Below are positions 51,677 through 64,000 of a stretch of DNA of 64,000 bases, piece after piece; position 1 is the stretch's first letter; every line of letters begins with the position of its first letter. A program made the position numbers and the translations under genes. The stretch is from Octopus bimaculoides (lineage: Eukaryota). The notes below the pieces were generated by a model, which was given only the letters and a program-made list of their open reading frames with translations, had not been told where the DNA came from and searched no databases. The stretch lies in the NCBI RefSeq assembly GCF_001194135.2, contig NC_068983.1:120440552-120504551 (forward strand), written 5' to 3'.

Positions 51677-54600
51677 ATGCAGAGAATCAAAGAAGCCTCT
51701 AATCACTCCTCATTAACAGATTAAATCATCAAATCATCGTTATTTTGTACTTTCTGTATTCATAAAACACGGTTGTTGGTACCTGGTGTTTGTTTCTTAG
51801 TTTATTTGTAAACAATCTTTCATAAAGAACAAAACACCACGATGCCATATTTTTTATTCTCCATGAACTAAGAAATTGTCTTAGTGTTTTTAAGCTGCCA
51901 AGAGATCTGAGTAAATACCTAAATAAATTTCTTCAAACTTTGCTGAGTCAGTAGGTTTCATGTGATTTGACTGGTTTTGTTGCAACAGAGCGCTTTATAA
52001 AATGTGTATTTATTTGTACATACGTGTGTATGCATGGATGTATTTGCTGTTGTTTGGACTAAAGAAGTTGAGTTTTAGGAGGACATGTTGTTTAGTGTTG
52101 ATACTGGAAACACTTGTAAAAAAAAAAAAAAAAATCTAAATTCAACCCCTTTTTCTTTTTTTACTGAATGAGCTGAAGAATGTGAAGGTGCATCATATTG
52201 TGCACAGGGCTCAGTTTATGACAGAATTTAGTTTTATTGCTTTTGATGTTGGATTCAAATGTTCCTTGGGCCAACATTGCATTATTTCTCACTCAAGCTG
52301 ATAAAATTGGCTTCTACCATGTGCTGGGGTTTCTTTTAATTAACCATGCCTATGTATAATTGACCCTGTAGTTAAGTAACAATTCACTATTTAATATATA
52401 CATAAGAAACAGCCAAATTGTATGAGTGAGAGTAAAGTAGCCTTACTTTATTCTGAAATTTATGGGGTTAATATTGCATTCCTGTACACCGAGTCAGTAT
52501 AGAAGCCCCGATCATTTTATTTCTCAACACAGTGTAAGGTTGTAAGGTTTTAGCATTCATGTAGACTTTGCTGATATTTTGTTGATTTAAAAATAGGGTG
52601 TGAATGGTGCAACTGTTTTCAATGTTTCAGGGTTAGTTAACTAAATTTTATTTCAATTGAAAGAAATTTAATCGATGATATTCTATATTCAGTCAAATCA
52701 TTGTGCATATTAATAAATCAATAACTTTGTTATAGACTGAAGAATGTCCTTTGTAGGGGTGTTATCTTTTTTATTGTTTTTCTAAGCTATTATTTTTCCA
52801 AATTTGGACTTTTCCTAAGATTGTCACTGCTAGCAGGACCAGTTTTAAACCATTTAGACAAATTTGTTCAAATTGGGCTCTGCACCAAGAGAGAACCCAG
52901 TGCACATGCTCAAGTGGCAGTCACTATGATGAATTTTTAATATATCATTGTGGCTAATGATGGAGCTTCAAGCTCCTAATGTTCAGCTCTTGTAAAGTAC
53001 CCCACTGACAGTTCTCTAATTGAGCCCTACACTTCCTAGTGCCGACTCTGTTACTAGAGTATATGCTTTGTATATTAGGTGCTAATTCTGTATCTAAATA
53101 CTTATCAGTGAAGTTGTAGAATCTGCTGTCAACCAGGCTTTCTGATACAATTGACGTTAACTACTCTATACTGAGGTATAACTCAATATGGCAATAAGTT
53201 TCTATGTAGTCCTTTAAAGCTGCTCCAACTAGTTAGTAAATTTCAATCAGTATAAAGCCCTCGATATACTTGACAATTCTGTTAATTTTAGCCCCTGTCT
53301 TTTTTTTTTTTTTTTTTTTTTTTTGTTAGATGGTTTCACTTCATTTATTTCAGTTAACATTGATAACAGTTATGACTTAACTGCATCTCTTTTTGTCTGA
53401 AGTGTCTCTGATATGATTGAAAGATTTGAATGGAAATCATTATAAATAATTATAAACATGTTTTTCTCACTTTTCACTTGTGTAGGGTTCAAATATAACC
53501 AGTATCAACTTTCACCTATCATCCTTGAAGGGTTAATAAAATAAAACACCTGCCAAAAACCGGGGTTGATTTGACTAACATTATTCCTTGCTCAGAAAAG
53601 AAAAAAATCTGGCTTTGTGTCTGCTAAACAATTTCTTCCTCTGTTACCCATAAGGATGGGTTCTGTGAAGTTACAACCATTGATCTGCTTTTTTTACATG
53701 GTTTTTACCTGTAACTTCAGGATTCTTAACCATTACATTTCATATTAATGTTTGAAGTGTATCTAGATAAGCTCTTGGTTAAAGTAACTTTTCATGGATT
53801 ATATCAGGAACTAATCATATAGATTTCTTGGAACTGTTCATCTATCCATATGGACAATGGCCATATCATCACTCATAAGTTTGTGGACTCATTGTTACTG
53901 AATAGCTGACAAGTTCAGTATGGGTATAAAGCCTTGTTGCACATTGGACAGGTGTGGTTTGAACTCCTGTGCTAATGCACAGGTGGCTCTGGACTTCCAT
54001 GGGTTTCTCTTCTTTTCAGCTTATCTGATCTTGGTTCTTTCCAACGTGCTGACATGTTTCGCAAGCTGCATCTATCTTACTTTGTCATCTTAAGAAAGTA
54101 ACTAGGCTTTCAGATCTGAACTGAGCTTTAACAAATATCTCTCGTTGGTGCACTGTCCTCATATTTGGTGTTGGATAAGATCATTGACATTGTTAATTGC
54201 TGTAGCATTGTTGTTCTGTGCTCACTGTATCTCTTTTATTGTAATGAGCACTGTTTGATTGAACATGCACGTCTTCTACCTAAACATATCTATTACACCC
54301 ACCTATTTGCTTCTTGTCTGTCACCTGTAATAAGTTTCTTTCTCTAAACTTCATGCCACATTGCACCTCATTTCTAAAACTGACCACTGCTGTGAAATTC
54401 TCTCCTTCAACATATTCCTTCAATACACTTATATAAGTTCCATATTATCTGCACCAACCTCAGAATGGACTCATATGGGAATTATCTTCACTCATATGTA
54501 AAAGGAGAAAAAAATGTTATTTATTAAAACCTAACCTTTCTATCAATCACTATATACTGACCATGTAGGAATACATTTTTTTAAAACCTAGAATTACTTT

Positions 54601-56222
54601 TGGGGTTAATGGGAAGTTGACAACCAGCAAGTTCTAAGATATCTTTTGTTTTAATTCAGCACCATTTGTATATAGACTCTACCTCTTCTTTCAGCTGTTT
54701 TTCTATTGAATTTATACTAAAGATATGTTAAATCTAATATCTGTTTTTGACTGGCTGCCACCTTCACATTGTTGCAGTGCAAATTATTGATCTTGCTCAG
54801 TGTTCTAGCCTCACCTAATTCTCACCTGTTCCAACCAAGTCACCCAAGTTGCTACTTGAAGTTTACAAAAATGTCAAGATTTTGTTGCCATTTCTAATCA
54901 TTTTATCAGTTGTGATATTTTATCTATTGAAATGAATGACATGGTATTAAAATTGAAGGAATTTTTTTTTTCCATTTAAGATCTTTCTCATGAGCTATAT
55001 AAGATGTTTTCTTTTTTTTTTATTTTTTATTTTGTGACTTATGCCAACTGTTGAGATGTTTCTTGTGATCTACATCTAATCTGTTATTTTTACATGTGAT
55101 CTGTTGAGTATTATCATTCAGTATAGTTACCTGTAATTTGTCCAGTTTAATACAATTTCAGTTACTGCTATTTTTGCACAAATGTCTGTTTTTCTCTATC
55201 CCACATTCTTTATAAATAGACCAATTTCTCCTCCCCCCACCGTATCATTTTACATTTGTTTTTCCATACTGGCATGAAGTAGACAGATCTCACAATGTTA
55301 CACCTTCCATTGCAGTCCTCCATCATCAGGCATGCACAACAGTTAGCTAGTTTCCTGTTATTTTTGGCATTTGTTTTATGTCTGGTGTCCTTATCAGCAA
55401 CCATTTGACAACTTAGACTGGGTGGATTTTATCATGCTCTCTGTATTAGAGATCATCCTCAATAAGACCAAAGAGTTCCCTCTGTCCCTTGTGTTGTCTT
55501 TGTTCATTCCTGCTTTAAATATTTTGAAACAGCACAGCTTTTTAAGGTTTTGAAGTTTATTCAAAATTTTCAAAAAGCAATTTTCGTGAGTGAAAATTTG
55601 AGACTAGTTTAAACTAGTTTCATCATATACCTTTATGTACCATTGTTGATAACATGAATCTTAAAGAATGTAATTTTTTTTTTTTTTTTCTGTTAATATT
55701 TCCCAAATTTGATTTTGTTAAAATTTTAATGTTGGTAGTGTTACGATGATAAGCTTGCCCACCCCTCATCCTTTACCCGGTGAATGTTTGCAATACATGC
55801 TGTTATGCTTCATGGAGATGAGATAGAATTATCAAGCTTTCATGGAAGTTGAAGTATAGTGATCTTGATGTTGTGTGTGATATGAACACTACCAACTGAA
55901 TTGTTAGGATAACAGGTTAAAATTTTGTTTTTCTTTCATTAGTACATCATTGTGCTGCTATATAAAGGCACCTAATACTTATTGGTCCAATCCATTTAGC
56001 TGTGAATAGGTGTTACGAAGAGGGACAATTTGGTCTTGTAAGCAACAGATGATACTATTACCTCATTCATGATATAAAATCCTTCCATGAGCCACTCAAA
56101 AGTTAATGGATAATCTAAGTGGTATTATTATCCAAGCTATGCAAAAGCATGAGACTTTGTGTTATGTATATGGTTAGTATGTTCAGTATGATAACTAGTA
56201 GTGTGTTCTAGATAATTGTTGA

Positions 56223-56312
56223 AGCAGAGATATAAAGTGTCAATGTAATGTATAGAGATTAACTACGAGCAGAGATATAAAGTGTCAATGTAATGTATAG
56301 AGATTAACTACG
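56223..56312. repeat. Exact 45-bp tandem duplication
   Basis: agcagagatataaagtgtcaatgtaatgtatagagattaactacg x2. Confidence 0.95.
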
Positions 56313-59269
56313 GTTAGTTGGTTTAAAGAGAATTTTTGATAGCTGTAACCATGGTGGCCCTATTGGAATGAAAATTAAGTATAGTTGAATACTTTTGCTG
56401 TAGATGGTTTGTACATCATGACTAATTTCTCCATTCTATTTATTATGGTGAATTTTAAGTTGTTTGTACTTAGAATTTTTTTTAGCCTGCCTTAGTCCAA
56501 TTTGGTATTTGTTGGTTGATAGTGGAAGCCAGTTAAGTGTTTGTAGTTTGAGTAGAATTACACTTGCTTTTCTAGTTTAACTGTAGTTTTGTTTAATAAA
56601 GATGAAGTTTATTGGAAGTTTTATATACACCCTTCCCTTTAATATCTGATATATTTGGTTTAAAGTTGCAGGGTTACTGAGCTTTGCTTTAGATTTACAT
56701 AATTTCTCCATGTCTAGTTAGATATTTTTTTTTTAAATTGATATTTAATACAACGATACTTATTTTCCCTTCTTTCACTTTCAATATTAGTTGATTCTTA
56801 CTTCACTGAAAAATAATGGCTGTTTTTTCAAACCAGAAAGTCTTCATTTTCATATTTTATGTCATTTTGAGCTGGTTCTGGGCATTTGCTTTCATCTTTC
56901 GTTCATCCCTCCATTGACCTTGATGATTTCCTTTGTTACACTTGCCAGTCTTGTCCTGCCTTCTCTCTATTAAATGGACCAATATTAAGTCTTACACAAA
57001 GGAGACACTTTATTTTTCACTTATTTGTATATTCGAACCAGTTTTGTCATGTATCTACAAGATTGTGTCAACAATTTTGCTTATTTACTTTTGTATCATG
57101 TGTATATAATTATATATTTGTAAACATATTAAATTAACATATTTTATATCTGTGCTGGAATTTGATTTTTTTTTCTTTTGTAAATTTTAATAAAAGATGA
57201 GTAAGCATGATTTTAGTTTTTTTTTTTTTTTAAATTTATTTAAAGATGAATTTTCAAAAATTACTTTGTTTACAAATTAATATATCTTGGAAAGCAGTTT
57301 AATTTATTAAAAGGCAAACTTGCAAGCTTTACAAGTCTAGAATTTCTTTTAGTACATTTATTTAAATGAATAAAAAATAAATTTTATTTAGAAAATATTA
57401 CCAGTGTCTTATTTTCTCATCTACTCCAATTGTATAAATGTAATTGCTTGTCAGATGACTTGTGTATTTTTAATGTATGCGTATGTTTGGTTGAAGCATG
57501 AGGGGGGACAGTATCCATGATGTTTTGCAGTATCTTTCAGATATTGAGAAAACTTGTAGCTTAACCCTTTAGCATTTAAACTTGCTATATCTGGCTGAAA
57601 TATCCTACTTGTTCTATGTTCAAACTGGCCACATCCAACCTCTCACACCGACCTTACAATGTCATTCTAAAAAATTAAATTGCATCATTGAAGTCTAATA
57701 GCAACAAGATAATGTATGATTAATTGAAAACAATGTGAATAAAGAAGCATTACATTTGACAATCTGAATGCTAGTGGGTTAGGAAGGAATTCTAGAGGTT
57801 TGCATCCCTGGGAGAAGACAGTGAAATGTTTGATCTGGTTAATGGGGAAAGAGTATGCTACCAACCACTGCAGAAGACCAGACGTAATAGAAAAGGCATC
57901 TTTTTTGTTAATCTGCCAAATAGCATTTTTTGAAATTAAAAAAAAAAAAAAATTGTCATCTAGAATGTTAGTGTATGTTGCAATAACAACACTATTCCAT
58001 ACCTGCAAGGATTAGATCAAAGTAGATTTCAGCTGAAGCTGGTAAAGTAGGTGTTTGCACAAGTATATCTGTGGTTAAGAAATTTGCTTTGCAACACTAG
58101 TTTCAAGTTCAATCCCACTGTACGATATCTTGGTGTCTTTTGATCATCTTGGGGTTATAGTCAATGTCTTGTGTGTATTTGGTTGATGGAAATTGTATGG
58201 AAGCCCATATATACATATGTGTCTGTGCTTATCCCCATTGCTTGACAACTGGTGTGGGTTTGTTTGCATCCCTGCAACTAAGCAATTGGGAAAAAGAGAC
58301 TGATAATATAAGTATCTGACTTACATATTAAGTTTTTTTTTCTTTTTTTTTCTTTGTTAAGCACTTCAAGGTGGTTCCCCAGTATGGTTGCTGTCCAATG
58401 ATGGAAAACAGTCTAAAAGAAAAAAGAACATATAGCACATATCAGTATTACATTGTCACTGGCAACATACAAACATAATAGTACCTTAGTCTAATTATTT
58501 GTATATTTAAGTAGTGTTTGTATGTACAGCTTTCAGGTAAGCCTTATGAATGCTATTTAATTAAAGTGTTTGGTTCAAATCTCTTTTAACCAAACCTCTT
58601 TTAAGTAATTTGCTGTGTGGTTTCGTTTGGTGAGAAAAAGGAAAAAGAATTGAAATTGATCTTTTCTGGTGATGTCACAGTTTTCAATTTTTAAAGTTTT
58701 GTTCTAATTGTTAATAGCTTTTAAAGTTTGAAAATTTTGGGTAATTTTAGCCAATTGAAAGCCACAGATACATTGATGCCTGTTTCTAAACTAACAAGCC
58801 AAGTTGTTGTCTGCTTAAAACTGCTACATCCACTATGTGTAATTTCTTTACCTATTTCCTTTGAGGAGTACCTATATTCTGAACTTTCATTTTTTTCAGT
58901 CTTAACTACATATAATGTATTGATTATTTACATGAACTGAATTATTACTGAAGTATAACGTATTGTTTGTTTTTTTTTTATAATTTTTTTGAAAAGAAAT
59001 TTCATTGAGGATATTTCCTTTTTAAATCGTTTACATGCTTGTTTGAATGTTTGTTTTGCTTTATTTATTTTATCAGACAGGAAAACTGATGATCTTTTCA
59101 GTTGCTGTTACATTTTTTGAAACTTTAGCATTAAGTGAAAATTTTCCAACTTGTTACATTGTTGTAATTTTTCTCACCAAGTCTAATTTTGTTATTCATT
59201 TGTTCCAGAAAAATTTTCGAAAATTGTTCACTAAAAATATGTTAACTACAGGTCACCCACTATTCGAGC

Positions 59270-59400
59270 TGACCCTAAACGCCAACCCTAACTTTAACTC
59301 TAAACCCTAATTCTATCTCTAAATCTCAACTCTAATCTCTAACTCAAACCTTAACTCTAACCCTAAACCCCAACCTTAAACCTTAAAACTCTAACCTTAG
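59270..59400. repeat. Degenerate telomere-like (CCCTAA/CTCTAA/CCTTAA)n tract
   Basis: Direct reading. Confidence 0.8.
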
Positions 59401-60562
59401 TGTATCTCAAACTTTTGTATTTGAATTTTTGCTACAAAAAATGCATTGTTTATATGAGCTGAACTACAGTTGTATAATGTAGTCTTTTTTTTTTTTGTAA
59501 TTTTTCACAAAAAAAAGAAAGATTCATTGAGGATCTTTCCTTTTTATATTGCCAACTTTCAAATCCAGTTTTCTGACTGGGTAAAAATAATCAAACTTTA
59601 AACTCAAAATAAATGGAAGTGGAGAGACAAGTTAAAGAAGAGATTGCAAGTGTGCAATGAAATGATTAAAAAAGACTAAAAACTAAATACTATTTATAAA
59701 TTAATAAAGGACTGAACCAGTGCGTATGTTTATTACCGGCATAATGCCTCTCCCAAGGTTTAATTGTATTTCTTTCAACACCCGTATCCACATCAAGAAT
59801 CTTGCACACCAAATACACATACGAAACCTCTGTAACATTTTCCTAAAATTTTTCTAGAGCAAATGAATAACAAGATCAGATTCACACGAATTTGAAAATT
59901 TTCACTAAATTTTAAGATTTGAAAAAATTTGTGACAGCAACAGAAAAGATCCAATTACAGTAATACAAAGTTCTATTTCTATGATAGTATTGTTAGCCCC
60001 TTGCCCTACGAAAGAGACATAGATTTGATGAAGGTTTAGCCTACAATTGCTAATGTCAAAAAAGATCTCTAATAATGAATATTTATAGTTATGAGTGTTT
60101 ATTATTAACGCATGAAATCGCTGATGTACTTATCTTGTTTTCACGTGTTTTTGATAAAGAATTGGGTTAGTACAGTTTTTTTTAATACTGGTTGTAAGGG
60201 ACATAACATATCTTAAGGGAGGTAACTTCGTTCTTTAAACATGTTAGTTTTAATTCTCTCTGAATATTTAGAAATTCTTACAGACATAATGCAAAAACTT
60301 TCGATTATTTTCTCTTTCTTCGTATTTCCCACCCTATGGTTGACAAGCTGCATGAAATGACGTATTTCCTATTTCCGTGACAAGCATTTTGCCTCAACTT
60401 CTAGGAAGACAGTCGTCACAATTTCTATTTTCTTGTCTACATTGATCGCTTCCTTTGCCTTCAAATAGTCACGCATGTGTGTGCGTGTGTGCGCGCACGC
60501 GCGCGTATATGTGTCTGTATGTGTCTGGGTGTAATGATGCGAACGCTATTCGTAGATTTGTG

Positions 60563-60573
60563 CAAGATGGCGG
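60563..60573 (+). promoter_or_regulatory. YY1-like motif CAAGATGGCGG in a CpG-rich patch; possible start of the next gene
   Basis: Matches the AAGATGGCG core, followed by a GGGCGGGG GC-box-like run; CpG-rich 60470-60590. Confidence 0.35.
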
Positions 60574-61009
60574 TCTTTCGGGGCGGGGGGGTAATGAATA
60601 TATTTAAAAAAAAATATACGCATTTTTCTTCAATATTTCCTTTTATGTCGTCTGAATACTACTAGAAGAAATATAGTACATTTTACTTCGTTAGTACTAC
60701 AGTCTTGCAATCGACCGACTAACCAATCAATCAGTCAGTCAGTCAATCAACCAATCATTCAATCAATTAATCAATTTCTGTGTTTCCAATCAGCGGTTTT
60801 GAAAGCTACGTCTGATATATCTTTATCTTGTTCAGTCATTGGACTGCGACCATACTAGAGCATCGCCTTGAAGGGTTTAATCGAACAAATCGATTCTAGT
60901 ACGTAAGTTGTTTCTTAGTCTGGTTCTTATTCTTTCGATCTGCAAAATTACAGGGCCGTAAAGAAATCGACACTGATTGTCAAGCAGTGTTGGGGTGGCC
61001 AAACTCAAA

Positions 61010-61778
61010 GTCATATATATATATGTATATGTATGTATATGTATATATGTATGTGTATATGTGTGTGTGTATATATGTATGTATATATATATGTATATGT
61101 ATATGTATATATATGTATAGAGGGAGAATATACAAATAATAACAACAGACGAGGACAGGTGGTGTAAATAACAAAAGTATATATTAGTATGACGCTCGGG
61201 AATACGGAAAGTCTTTGACGTTTCGAGCTACGCTCTTCAACAGAAAGAATACGGAGACAAGGAGAAAAACACGGAGAAAAAAAATTGAATAGTGTTCAAA
61301 GTAATAGGTGCAGATTAGAGAAGACAGATTAGGAACATCCAGAGTACGAAGAGACGGTAGGTGAAGGAAAGTAAGGTAAAAAAGGATGAGAAAGGAGGTT
61401 TACAAAAGTGGAAAAGTTCAAAAGTTTTTTAGACGTCGTGGTATATTGAAGCGATTTCCAATCAGAAGATGGGTCCNNNNNNNNNNNNNNNNNNNNNNNN
61501 NNNNNNNNNNNNNNNNNNNNNNNNNNNNNNNNNNNNNNNNNNNNNNNNNNNNNNNNNNNNNNNNNNNNNNNNNNNNNNNNNNNNNNNNNNNNNNNNNNNN
61601 NNNNNNNNNNNGTGTGTGTATATATGTATGTATATATATATGTATATGTATATGTATATATATGTATAGAGGGAGAATATACAAATAATAACAACAGACG
61701 AGGACAGGTGGTGTAAATAACAAAAGTATATATTAGTATGACGCTCAGGAATACGGAAAGTCTTTGACGTTTCGTGCT
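61010..61778 (-). mobile_element. Direct-repeat (pLTR/retrozyme-like) element with a hammerhead, bordered by (TA/TG)n
   Basis: About 61095-61225 is directly repeated at about 61645-61774; internal purine-rich segment 61250-61476 runs into a gap. Confidence 0.65.
61212..61248 (-). ncRNA. Minimal type I hammerhead variant (family 3)
   Basis: tcttt-CTGTTGA-A-gagc(gta)gctc-GAAA-cg-TC-aaaga: 5-bp stem I, 4-bp stem II, GUC site, A6U core change. Confidence 0.65.
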
Positions 61779-61789
61779 GGGGCTTCGCC

Positions 61790-61912
61790 TTGAAGAATTT
61801 TTAGTCGAATGAATTGACCCCACTACTTAGTTTTCAAATTCTGGTTCTTATTCTATCGTCTCTTTTGCCGAACCACTAAGTTACGAGACCTAAACACACC
61901 AACACCGGTTGC

Positions 61913-61950
<38 letters not shown>

Positions 61951-62110
61951 ACGATCTTCTTTCAGTTTCCATCTACCAAATCTATTCACAAGGCTTTTGT
62001 CGGCCCGATGCTGTAGTAGAAGACACTTGCTCAGGGTACCACGCAGTAGGACTAAATCCGGAACCATGTGGTTCCGAAGTAAGCTTCTTTCCACACAACC
62101 ACACCAGTGC
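61790..62110 (-). mobile_element. tRNA-derived SINE with internal (CA)n
   Basis: Reverse complement of the 47345 family motifs. Confidence 0.75.
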
Positions 62111-63217
62111 CTTACATTTTTTTTATTAACTTCACCGCTACTCTAAATTTCCTGTTCGTTTTTCGATCAGTGGCTAAGATTTAACTCTTTGTTTGCTCTG
62201 TGTATCACATATGATACACAAAACATATTTCCCGGGTGTTCATTCATCATATATGATACACTGGTGACTGAAAAACATTGGGAGTGTGTATCTTGGGACT
62301 TAGGAAAGCTTTATATTACTCAAAACGTATAAAAGAGGTCAGATCGGGTTAGATATGGGGGCATGCACCGTTGCAGTGCGTCGCTGCATCCATCATTTGT
62401 CGGTATTCGTTCAAGTCATCCCAGAAAACCCTCGGAGCAGTATCCCAGTCCCCATCTCTGCGAGATATTTCTTCATTCGCCGTGACCACGGGGGCATGTG
62501 GCATATGGCCGACCAACACGAGTCGTTACCCGAACGGGATCCTCAGAGAAGAAAATATGATATGCAGGATCCAACGAGATCCAACTTGGAAAACCGAGTA
62601 ACATGTCCAAACAATCTGAGCTGCGTCCCCCCGAATCATTCAAGTAACAGGACACATCCCAGTTTCTGAAAGCAGGGACTAACTGAACGTCTCAAAACAA
62701 GCATGGACGTTTGGGATAAACTTAAGAAAATGATTTGTACAGGCAATGAGTTTAATTCAAATATCAGTCATTAGAGTCTAAAGGTTGTTGAGATTTGGTT
62801 ATTTTTAGTTGGTCAGTTTAAAAGCCTGGTAAGATTACTTAAGGTAAAAATTGCACGTGGATTGCCTAATTTAAGGTTTTTTCAGGCAAACTGAGCGAGC
62901 ATTTTTATGATCTGTTCACGTAAAGTTTCAAATATTATGATCTACTTGTCCCAGTCATTGAACTGCGGTTACGCAGGGGGTACCATTTTTGAAAGGTTTT
63001 GTGGAACAAATCGACCCCAGTACTTATTCCTTTTTAAGGCTGGTACTTATTCTATCACTCTCTTTTGCAAAACGGCTGAGTTACAGGTGCATAAATAAAC
63101 TAATATCGGTTGTTAAATAATGGTAGGGGACAAACACAACACAAACACAAACACAAAGGTACACGCGCGCGCACACACTCTCACAAATAGATAGATACAC
63201 ACACACACACACACATA

Positions 63218-64000
63218 CTAAGAGAGGTACCCGGCGTTGCCCAGGAATGAAATCGTTCCTTACATATTGGAAGAAAAAAGCAAAATATATTGTATAGAAA
63301 TTTATTCTAAATTTAGTTTATTCTTTAATTGGGATTACAATTTATTCTTCAATTGGGAAATCAATTCTGAATTCATAATACAAAAGAATAAAAAATAAAA
63401 AAATAAAATACTACTACTACTGTCTCATCTTTTGGAGCAAGAATTGCCCTTTCACACAACCATTTACAGGAAATATAATTATTACTTAAGTCTGGAAATA
63501 CCCTGTTCTTCAATTCAGCTGGGGGAATTTACCATGATAAAAATATGAGCCAAATTGATATGGCCATTCCCATCAAATGGTACTTACCCATTTCCTAATT
63601 GGAGGAGCCAGGTTGAAAACTGTTCTGCACATTGTTCCCCATGTAATAAAGCTTGCACGTTAGTATTGAAGGAGAATTTCTGTACTTTATTCCTTTGGTG
63701 TGAAGACTTAATGCGTGCTTTTATTTCATTAGATCTTGTTCGTCTCGAAATGACTGGTAATGTCTGTCTGAAGTCTCCTCATAAAACTAATGTAACTCCT
63801 CCCATAGATTTATTATTGCCTCTTATGTCTTGTAAGGTCTTATCAAGAGCTTCCATTGCACCTCTATGTGACATGGTGCATTCATCCCAAATGACCAGGT
63901 GGCATTGGCGCAACATTTCTGCTGAACCCGAACCTTTACTTATGTTACAAATTGGACTGTCGTTTGTGACCATTTAGCGGTAATTTAAAAGCAGAGTGAG
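63218..64000 (-). mobile_element. Helitron 3' end with PIF1-like helicase remnant (runs off window)
   Basis: LVIWDECTMSH..EALDKTLQDIRGNNKSMGGVTLVLxGDFRQTLPV helicase motifs; GC-rich subterminal hairpin 63229-63245 then ..TTAG|T end. Confidence 0.88.

Noticed and set aside
59270-59400. True telomere
   Set aside because: Short, highly degenerate and internal to the scaffold

Overview
AT-rich eukaryotic (metazoan) scaffold with N-gaps. The repeat families resemble those of Octopus/coleoid cephalopods (inference from recall, not a search). The one well-supported host gene is a + strand BTB-BACK-Kelch (KLHL/KBTBD-type) gene with six coding exons (22970-24008, 37588-37777, 42079-42276, 45738-45838, 48527-48664, 51483-51676). 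These join in consistent phase to 1860 nt (619 aa + stop). The rest is introns and intergenic DNA packed with decayed mobile elements: RTE and CR1-like LINE ends, tRNA-derived SINEs, mariner, hAT, MULE, piggyBac and Helitron remnants, MITEs and microsatellites. The main hidden signal is a set of type I hammerhead-ribozyme motifs in three different repeat families (9105-9150, 27995-28084/28225-28309, 34694-34739/34948-34988, 61212-61248). All have a short palindromic stem III, the dimer-cleaving architecture known from Penelope-like elements and retrozymes. Two of the insertions are fold-back palindromes inside the Kelch gene intron, and in both the host-sense ribozyme copy is damaged while the antisense copy is intact. 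Ribozyme activity, novelty and expression cannot be established from sequence alone.
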